From the NCBI RefSeq assembly GCF_001591565.1, contig NZ_BCVD01000046.1, positions 1,375 to 25,374 of the forward strand: a stretch of 24,000 bases of DNA, read 5' to 3'. The notes beneath the pieces are model-generated. The model did no database searches and was not told the origin of the DNA. It saw only the letters and a program-made list of their open reading frames with translations. Origin of the DNA: Priestia flexa NBRC 15715. GTDB taxonomy: Bacteria; Bacillota; Bacilli; Bacillales; Bacillaceae_H. Within the stretch, counting starts at the first letter, position 1. Each line of letters opens with the position of its first letter. Made by a program: the position numbers and the translations under genes. Shown in pieces: positions 18,449 to 24,000 of this stretch.

Positions 18449-20377
18449 TTAGCTATATCGATAATCTCTTAAAGCTTTTAAAACTGAAATTTCTTCTAAT
18501 ATCTGTTCACCTACATTTGTTTCTTTTACCATTTTTCGTTCCAATTCTTTATCAACTAGTCGCTTAACGGATAGTACATCAGCTTCGTCCAATAAGATAT
18601 CTTTTTTGGAGTTAAAGTGCTTATGAGCAACTAACTGCATGCCATAAGAATTAGACAATAACGTATATCCTGCAATTCCGGTTTGTGATTGATATGCTTT
18701 TGAAAATCCGCCATCAATGACAATCATTCTACCGTTTGCTTTAACAGGGTTTTCACCTTCTATCTCTTTAACAGGCGTGTGACCATTAATGATATGACCA
18801 TGATCTGGATTTAATCCAAAATCAGCTAATATTCGACGGCACATATCCTCTTTTTCACGAAGGTAATAATATGGATTTTTCTTTTCTTTATGCGTTGCTT
18901 TATCTTTAATGAAATAGCGCTCAAACGTCGTCATCGCTCGTTTTCCAAATAGAGATGAATATTCGCCCGTCCATAAATACCAGACCATGTCAGTTGCTAA
19001 ATCATCCGTTTTATCCGGGCCTGCAAAAGCCGAACGCAAATACTGCTCAAACACATCTAACAGTTGACGACCTGAATAAAACTTGCCTTCAATCACCATC
19101 TTTTCCATATTTCCTTCTTCATCTAAAGGAATGCATCCATGGATGAGTAAGTTCCCATTGTATTTCAAATAGAGATTTCCTTTATTCATAAGAAAGTTCA
19201 TATGTCTTGCTAGCTTTTCAGAATGTTGAACTGAAAACAATAATTTCTCAATAACCTGCTCCTCTTCTTCTAAGAGCTCTTGTGGATTTTCAGGGTTTAC
19301 CGTTGCAAAGCATCCATTTTCAATAGGATACGTTTTATCTCCAAGTGTAATTTCATTTGTTTCATAATTAACTTTCTCAAGCAAAAGTCGTTCTGACATA
19401 TTGAAATACGGACGTCTTTTAATAATTGGCATTTCAAGCTTAAACTGAATCATCGCAATAGCTTGATGAATTTTTGTAATCTGTAAACGTTCATGCTCAG
19501 ATAGGTGCGAACCTACATTTTCTTTTGGACGGAATGCAGGATTATCATCATAATATTTTTCTGCTAGGTTTAGAAGTGGTCGTAAGTTAATACCATACGC
19601 ATCTTCAATAATATTTAAGTTATTATAACGTGCACAAATACGAACAATATTAGCTAAGCATACTTTCGAACCTGCAAAAGCTCCAATCCAAAGAACGTCA
19701 TGGTTTCCCCACTGAATATCGACGGAATGATAGTTAATAAGAGTTTCCATGATCTTATCAGGTTCTGGACCACGATCATAAATATCTCCAACGACATGCA
19801 AATGATCGACAACCAACCGCTGAATGGTATAAGCCAGTCCTGATATAAGTTTATCAGCTTGTCCTAATGAAATGATTTGCTGCACAATTTTATGATAGTA
19901 ATGCTCTTTATTTGTAAATTCATCTGTCTTATATAAAAGCTCTTCAATAATATAAGCAAACTGCTCAGGGAGTGCTTTACGCACCTTTGAACGTGTATAC
20001 TTCGATGATGCATACAAAACTAAATCAAGCATGCGATTAATCATTGTCGTATACCAATCACGTAGTTCTTGTTTGCGAGTAAAGTTTGCTTTAATAATCT
20101 TCAGCTTCTCTTCTGGATAATAAACAAGCGTCGCAAATTCATTAATTTCTTGTTGAGATAATGTATCCTTAAACAGATCTTTAATCTTTTCTTTTACGTT
20201 TCCCGACCCATTTCGTAATACGTGTTGAAAGGCCTGATACTCGCCGTGTAAATCACTTACAAAGTGTTCTGTTCCTTTTGGCAAATTTAGAATTGCTTCT
20301 AAGTTAATAATTTCCGTTACCACTTTCTCTTCTGTGTCATACTTCTTAGCCAGTAGATCTAAATAATTTACGTTCAA
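18449..20377 (-). CDS. fbp: Fructose-1,6-bisphosphatase class 3
   Basis: 642 aa. [43 protein letters not shown]...GDIYDRGP...GNHD...GHTP is the class III FBPase metallophosphoesterase signature. The start is TTG 20377, 9 nt after AAAGGGGA. Confidence 0.95.
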   Translation of the reverse strand: MNVNYLDLLAKKYDTEEKVVTEIINLEAILNLPKGTEHFVSDLHGEYQAFQHVLRNGSGNVKEKIKDLFKDTLSQQEINEFATLVYYPEEKLKIIKANFTRKQELRDWYTTMINRMLDLVLYASSKYTRSKVRKALPEQFAYIIEELLYKTDEFTNKEHYYHKIVQQIISLGQADKLISGLAYTIQRLVVDHLHVVGDIYDRGPEPDKIMETLINYHSVDIQWGNHDVLWIGAFAGSKVCLANIVRICARYNNLNIIEDAYGINLRPLLNLAEKYYDDNPAFRPKENVGSHLSEHERLQITKIHQAIAMIQFKLEMPIIKRRPYFNMSERLLLEKVNYETNEITLGDKTYPIENGCFATVNPENPQELLEEEEQVIEKLLFSVQHSEKLARHMNFLMNKGNLYLKYNGNLLIHGCIPLDEEGNMEKMVIEGKFYSGRQLLDVFEQYLRSAFAGPDKTDDLATDMVWYLWTGEYSSLFGKRAMTTFERYFIKDKATHKEKKNPYYYLREKEDMCRRILADFGLNPDHGHIINGHTPVKEIEGENPVKANGRMIVIDGGFSKAYQSQTGIAGYTLLSNSYGMQLVAHKHFNSKKDILLDEADVLSVKRLVDKELERKMVKETNVGEQILEEISVLKALRDYRYS

Positions 20378-20574
20378 AACTATGTATCCCCTTTCAAACT
20401 AACTTATCACCTCAGCAGTGAACTAAGAAGCTTACTGCGTGAGTCTTTCATCTTTAGTACTTATTGTACACCTCTTCACACTCGACTTCTAGAGAGATCA
20501 ATTACATTTTGTTAACTAATTTACAATTTTTATTTAATTCAAACTTAATCAGTTGCTTTGAAAAGACTAAACAC

Positions 20575-20604
20575 AAAAAAGACCTCAACATCTCTGTTGA
20601 AGTC
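20575..20604 (-). terminator. Rho-independent terminator directly downstream of the tRNA-Leu 3' fragment
   Basis: Minus strand reads GACTTCAACA-GAGA-TGTTGAGGTC followed by TTTTTT. The stem is 10 bp with one G-U pair. Confidence 0.8.
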
Positions 20605-20634
20605 TTAACATTACGCTCTTTTATGTAAAACTAA

Positions 20635-20687
20635 TACCAGTGGTCGGGGTCGAACCGACACTCCCGAAGGAACACGATTTTGAGTCC
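20635..20687 (-). pseudogene. 3' half of a tRNA-Leu(CAA) gene (anticodon loop to acceptor end); candidate att site of the adjacent island
   Basis: Minus strand reads GACTCAAAATCGTGTTCCTTCGGGAGTGTCGGTTCGACCCCGACCACTGGTA. It has anticodon loop CUCAAAA, a long class-II variable arm with a UUCG loop, T arm GTCGG-TTCGACC-CCGAC, and the acceptor 3' strand. No D arm or 5' acceptor strand is present further upstream, and anticodon-stem pairing breaks down at about 20688. Confidence 0.75.
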
Positions 20688-20774
20688 CCAAAACAACTCG
20701 AATCTTATTTAGATCTTTACCTTCAACGTTTGTCGAACTTTGTTGTTTTTTCGGTTAACACGATTATCTTTATT

Positions 20775-20803
20775 ATTATGCCTTGTTCCTTCAGAAAAGT
20801 CAA
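20775..20803 (-). promoter_or_regulatory. Outward-facing sigma-A-like promoter at the island edge
   Basis: On the minus strand: TTGACT (20798-20803), 17 nt, CATAAT (20775-20780). It points toward the tRNA fragment and the terminator at 20575-20604. Confidence 0.4.
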
Positions 20804-20835
20804 CCCTATTTATGATTTATTTTGAGTGCTTTTGA

Positions 20836-21228
20836 TTAAATCTTATTGAATTTGGCTTGCCCCAATTTTTTATACTCTCTTATGAGCTCCTTTTCAAATC
20901 TTCTTGCATCTTCTTCTCGATTAAACTCTCCTACAAACTTATATTCAATTTTACCATCCTTCATTAGTTGCTTATGTTCCGTGTTTCTTCTATTAGTATA
21001 TCTTCTGCACCGATACCAAACTCCACTTCCTATATAAACAACTTCACCATTTAATAAATGAAGATAAACAGTATATTTGTTTACTTTTCTAAGCTCACTT
21101 GAATTAAGCTTATATTTTTTAATAAGTTGGATTACTTTTTGAAATGTAATACCATAAATACTTGCAATGTCTTGATTGGTCATCTTATTTGATAAATGTT
21201 CAATAATTTCTTCTTTTGTTGGTAACAT
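20836..21228 (-). CDS. Small HTH + GIY-YIG-like nuclease-domain protein (130 aa)
   Basis: The N-terminus NQDIASIYGITFQKVIQLIKKY is HTH-like. The C-terminus reads YTVYLHLLNGEVVYIGSGVWYRCRRYTNRRNTEHKQL...ARRFEKELIREYKKLGQAKFN. It fits the GIY-(x9-11)-YIG pattern followed by Arg, His, Glu and Asn. RBS AGGAGG lies 10 nt before ATG 21228. Confidence 0.55.
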   Translation of the reverse strand: MLPTKEEIIEHLSNKMTNQDIASIYGITFQKVIQLIKKYKLNSSELRKVNKYTVYLHLLNGEVVYIGSGVWYRCRRYTNRRNTEHKQLMKDGKIEYKFVGEFNREEDARRFEKELIREYKKLGQAKFNKI

Positions 21229-21315
21229 AAAAAATCAACCTCCTAGAATTGTTATATCTAGAAGATTGACTTTGTAAATCGAATTTTATTATAAAATAAC
21301 CATTCCACAACAAAT

Positions 21316-23400
21316 TTAAGTTGGAGAATCAGCGGTTTTCTCTTGTTTCTCCTCTTCATCTGTTGGAATCTTTATATACTCTTTCATCTTTTCTAAAGAA
21401 AGTAATCCAAACTTATCTTTGGCTTTTGATATTTTCTCTTCAAGGTATTTTAAATATTCTGGTTTGATATATGGAGTTAATACGAATTTTATATCAATAT
21501 TATCCCCCATCTTCATCCAGCCAGGAAGGGAATTCTCATAAGCAAAGACCCTCTGAGTATAAATGATTAAGGCCATTTTTTGCATACAATATATAATAGT
21601 ATCTTCATTAAACACAAAATCTACATCCAAATCCGAAAAGCAATACCCCTCTAGCTTTGCCCTTGATAAATAAATATCTTCACCATTATTTTCCTTTAAT
21701 TCTGCAAAAGTATCCTTTAAGATATTACCATGAGAATGATTAGTTATTAAATATTTAACTAAGAATCCTGTTACAGGATACTTGGATAACTCTATACCTT
21801 TTAATATAGACTGCAAAATGAGGTATATGATTGCTTGCTCTATATTAGAGCTTTCACTGCTTTCTATCTTAATATGAACTCCGGTTGTCCATGAAACCTC
21901 AACTTCTGTTTTACCTGCTTCAACTTCCGATTTACCCTTTTCTCCTTTGTTCATAAGCCTCTTCATAGAGTATGCAAGATGACTAAGTAAGTTTATATCT
22001 CCTTGTTCTACTGCATTTAATAGTAAATGCTTATAAATTCTTAACCCACCAATACTTGAAACATCTTGAGCAATCTCTCGGCTACAGAACTGCTCTAAAA
22101 AGTCTAAGACTGTTCGAAATAGTACGGGTTCATCTGAATCCAAGTACATAATTAATTCATGTAAAATAGTATGAAATTCTTTTTTCAGATCTTCAAACTG
22201 GTCTGATGGCTCGAAAGTAAAGAGTATTTCTATACATCGTGATATTTCGGAATGACGATTATGATCGTGTAGTGATTTTATTAATGCTACATGCTGAATT
22301 AGCAACGATTTATGTAAACTTTTATAAGCTTCTTCAGAGTTTTGTGCCTTAGAAGCTTGATATAGTAACTGAGAAGGTATGGTAATTTGTGAATTCTCCC
22401 CAAGATAATCCATCATCTCCTGTGGAATACCTTCAATAAAAAGAGAAGATAACTGCTCCAACGACTTAGAAGACTCATTATAAACTTCCATCATATTTTT
22501 CTCCACACAAACAATTAATGTTTGATAATAGGTTTCAATAGAAGCATTTAAATATTCATATAAACCTTTTCTGAATTTAAAATCTTTGTTCAAAATCATT
22601 ACTTGAATAATAACAGTATTAATACTAGACATTGAGTGTCTAAGTAGTGTCCTAATGTCGATACTGTTAAGCATTTTACGAAGAGTATTAACCCCATAAA
22701 ATAAACTCATACAAGTAATGATAATCCATATAGGAAGTCTTACTAAGTTTTGAGGATCTTCATAGAAATTTAACATATTGTCTTTATTAAATGGGATAGC
22801 GAAAATCTTCCCATAAATTGTATTGAAAAGGATAAGAGCTAAACCTACTATAAATCCCATATTACCAGATGCTAAGTTACTACTAATAGCAACAGATTTT
22901 CTCTCTCTATAAGCAAAAAAATAAATAGTAAGAGAAATTGACCAAAAGATTGCTAGAACGTTAGATGCTACATCAATTACTCCAATTGTATATGAAGGAT
23001 ACTTCTTTATTGCTTTTACAACATTTAAATTGATTTGCATAAACCATTCGTTAATATGTTGTAAAACATACACAATAGTTTTTGTATTAGGAATAGTTAA
23101 ATATAAAAAATAAAATAGCCCTATAAAAATTATAGGACTAATCATTGTAGCGTAAAAATTATATTTACCTGCAACATAGATTAGTTCTTTTCTCCATATT
23201 GATATTGTGGATATAAATTTCAAAAGGGAGATGTTAAAATTCTTAAGCTTTTGATTATTTTTTCGAAATACATGCTTGGTGTAAAAAATAAAACTTTGAT
23301 ATGGATATATAAAATTAATTATTTTTTTCGTTAGAGCTATTATTTTCTTTCTTATTAAAAACAAAATAATCAATATAAGTATCTTACTAAAAAATGACAA
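21316..23400 (-). CDS. 694-aa membrane protein of unknown family: N-terminal ~5 TM segments plus a ~450-aa C-terminal helical soluble domain
   Basis: Long uninterrupted ORF with a TTG start at 23400, 6 nt after GGGGGAA. Hydrophobic segments are KILILIILFLI, ATMISPIIFIGLFYFLYLTIP, VASNVLAIFWSISLTIYFFAY, GNMGFIVGLALILFNTIYGKIFAI and LPIWIIITCMSLFYGV. I recognise no catalytic or nucleotide-binding motif in the remainder. Confidence 0.75.
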   Translation of the reverse strand: MSFFSKILILIILFLIRKKIIALTKKIINFIYPYQSFIFYTKHVFRKNNQKLKNFNISLLKFISTISIWRKELIYVAGKYNFYATMISPIIFIGLFYFLYLTIPNTKTIVYVLQHINEWFMQINLNVVKAIKKYPSYTIGVIDVASNVLAIFWSISLTIYFFAYRERKSVAISSNLASGNMGFIVGLALILFNTIYGKIFAIPFNKDNMLNFYEDPQNLVRLPIWIIITCMSLFYGVNTLRKMLNSIDIRTLLRHSMSSINTVIIQVMILNKDFKFRKGLYEYLNASIETYYQTLIVCVEKNMMEVYNESSKSLEQLSSLFIEGIPQEMMDYLGENSQITIPSQLLYQASKAQNSEEAYKSLHKSLLIQHVALIKSLHDHNRHSEISRCIEILFTFEPSDQFEDLKKEFHTILHELIMYLDSDEPVLFRTVLDFLEQFCSREIAQDVSSIGGLRIYKHLLLNAVEQGDINLLSHLAYSMKRLMNKGEKGKSEVEAGKTEVEVSWTTGVHIKIESSESSNIEQAIIYLILQSILKGIELSKYPVTGFLVKYLITNHSHGNILKDTFAELKENNGEDIYLSRAKLEGYCFSDLDVDFVFNEDTIIYCMQKMALIIYTQRVFAYENSLPGWMKMGDNIDIKFVLTPYIKPEYLKYLEEKISKAKDKFGLLSLEKMKEYIKIPTDEEEKQEKTADSPT

Positions 23401-23412
23401 TTAAATTCCCCC

Positions 23413-23444
23413 AAAAAAATAAGGCGCAATTTAATTAGCGCCTT
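23413..23444 (-). terminator. Intrinsic terminator/attenuator hairpin between the Panacea gene and the 694-aa gene
   Basis: Minus strand reads AAGGCGC-TAATTAAATT-GCGCCTT followed by ATTTTTTT. The stop codon of the upstream gene lies in the loop. The hairpin ends about 12 nt before the next gene's start codon, and its U-tract abuts that gene's GGGGGAA RBS. Confidence 0.6.
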
Positions 23445-23877
23445 GCAATAGTCCACCATAATATTCTTGCATATCTTCTATTTGGATAATTTCATTCATT
23501 CCTTTACTCCAAGCATTTAACCATGGTGATTCTTTATGTGTAAGTGTTTCTAAATACTTGCCATCATACTCTCCATATAGTTTCCATACACCTTCTAATA
23601 CTTCTAAATCTTCCGGATTAATTTGAAAATTAATTTTGTCCACGGGAGGAATTTCTCGAGAACCGTAATCACGATATTCACGATACAACTCACGAGACAC
23701 TGGTCCATGTAACCATGCTTCTAATTCACTATTAAATACCGGACGACCATGTATAGCCATACTCCACGCCTGAGCATAATATACAAGCTTTTGTAATTTC
23801 AAATGTGTAATAGAGAAATTCCGACCTGCCAAACTCTTGTTTCTAAAGTATAGAGCCACTTGACGAACATCCATCAT
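23431..23877 (-). CDS. Panacea/DUF4065 (SocA/GepA-like) antitoxin-domain protein, 148 aa
   Basis: ITHLKLQKLVYYAQAWSMAIHGRPVFNSELEAWLHGPVSRELYREYRDYG...LTHKESPWLNAW matches the DUF4065 signature as I remember it (T.lKLqKLlYyaqgw.l...g.plF...feAW.yGPV...vY..y...g ... tH.e.PW). RBS AAAGGAGGG lies 8 nt before ATG 23877. Confidence 0.85.
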   Translation of the reverse strand: MMDVRQVALYFRNKSLAGRNFSITHLKLQKLVYYAQAWSMAIHGRPVFNSELEAWLHGPVSRELYREYRDYGSREIPPVDKINFQINPEDLEVLEGVWKLYGEYDGKYLETLTHKESPWLNAWSKGMNEIIQIEDMQEYYGGLLQGAN

Positions 23878-24000
23878 ACATACATCCCTCCTTTAGTTTT
23901 GAAGGAAACAATGTTTTAATATTGTACTTTTTCGACAAAAAACAAGAAAAATCCTGCATAATAATCAAAAATTAAAAAATTAAAACAGTCAACATTTCTT

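Larger units (their letters stand above)
20635..24000. mobile_element. Putative tRNA-Leu-associated genomic island, one end plus cargo (continues beyond the window end)
   Basis: The partial tRNA with its native-looking terminator marks the boundary. By eye there is an abrupt shift to more AT-rich DNA and Ile/Lys/Asn/Phe-rich proteins. The cargo consists of accessory-type genes. No integrase or second repeat copy is visible in the window. Confidence 0.5.

Noticed and set aside
20640-20825. 61-aa plus-strand ORF (MVGVEPTLPKEHDFES...)
   Set aside because: It is the antisense reading of the tRNA-Leu 3' fragment and the AT-rich spacer. There is no RBS, and the GVEPT peptide is the usual artefact of translating a T-arm.
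21898-21960. GEKGKS within the 694-aa protein resembling a P-loop
   Set aside because: The spacing is GxxGKS, not [AG]xxxxGK[ST]. It sits in a low-complexity Lys/Glu linker (KGEKGKSEVEAGKTEVEV) with no Walker B downstream.
23878-24000. Possible promoter (TTGACT on the minus strand near 23985) and a 5-bp inverted repeat ACAAT...ATTGT upstream of the Panacea gene
   Set aside because: The spacing from TTGACT to any acceptable -10 element is about 23 nt, and the alternative hexamers are weak. The inverted repeat is too short in AT-rich DNA to call an operator, and the window ends before the full upstream region is visible.

Overview
The window looks like a Bacillaceae (Bacillus/Priestia-like) chromosomal segment. 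Positions 1-20.6 kb are conserved core genes. Most lie on the minus strand: gltT-like symporter, uppP, brnQ, vanZ-like, psd operon, yhbH, prkA, trmL, yhbB, queG and fbp. thiC lies on the plus strand. Three cis-regulatory leader RNAs are readable directly: a ydaO-type c-di-AMP riboswitch before the glutamate symporter, a T-box (probable Ile specifier) before brnQ, and a TPP riboswitch before thiC. A germinant-receptor (gerA-family) operon at 7.6-8.95 kb is decayed: one frameshift in the A subunit, no B subunit, and only frameshifted fragments of the C subunit. At about 20.64 kb the 3' half of a tRNA-Leu(CAA) gene sits next to its own terminator, which looks like an att site. From there to the window end the DNA is visibly more AT-rich. 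This stretch carries a co-directional three-gene cassette: a Panacea/DUF4065 (SocA-like) antitoxin-domain protein, a 694-aa polytopic membrane protein with a large C-terminal domain I cannot assign to any family, and a small HTH + GIY-YIG-like protein. This cassette is my best candidate for an undescribed toxin-antitoxin or anti-phage module. All calls come from reading and hand-translating the sequence. No database searches, folding or GC calculations were run. Several ORF-track starts were moved downstream to the start codon that has a Shine-Dalgarno site.
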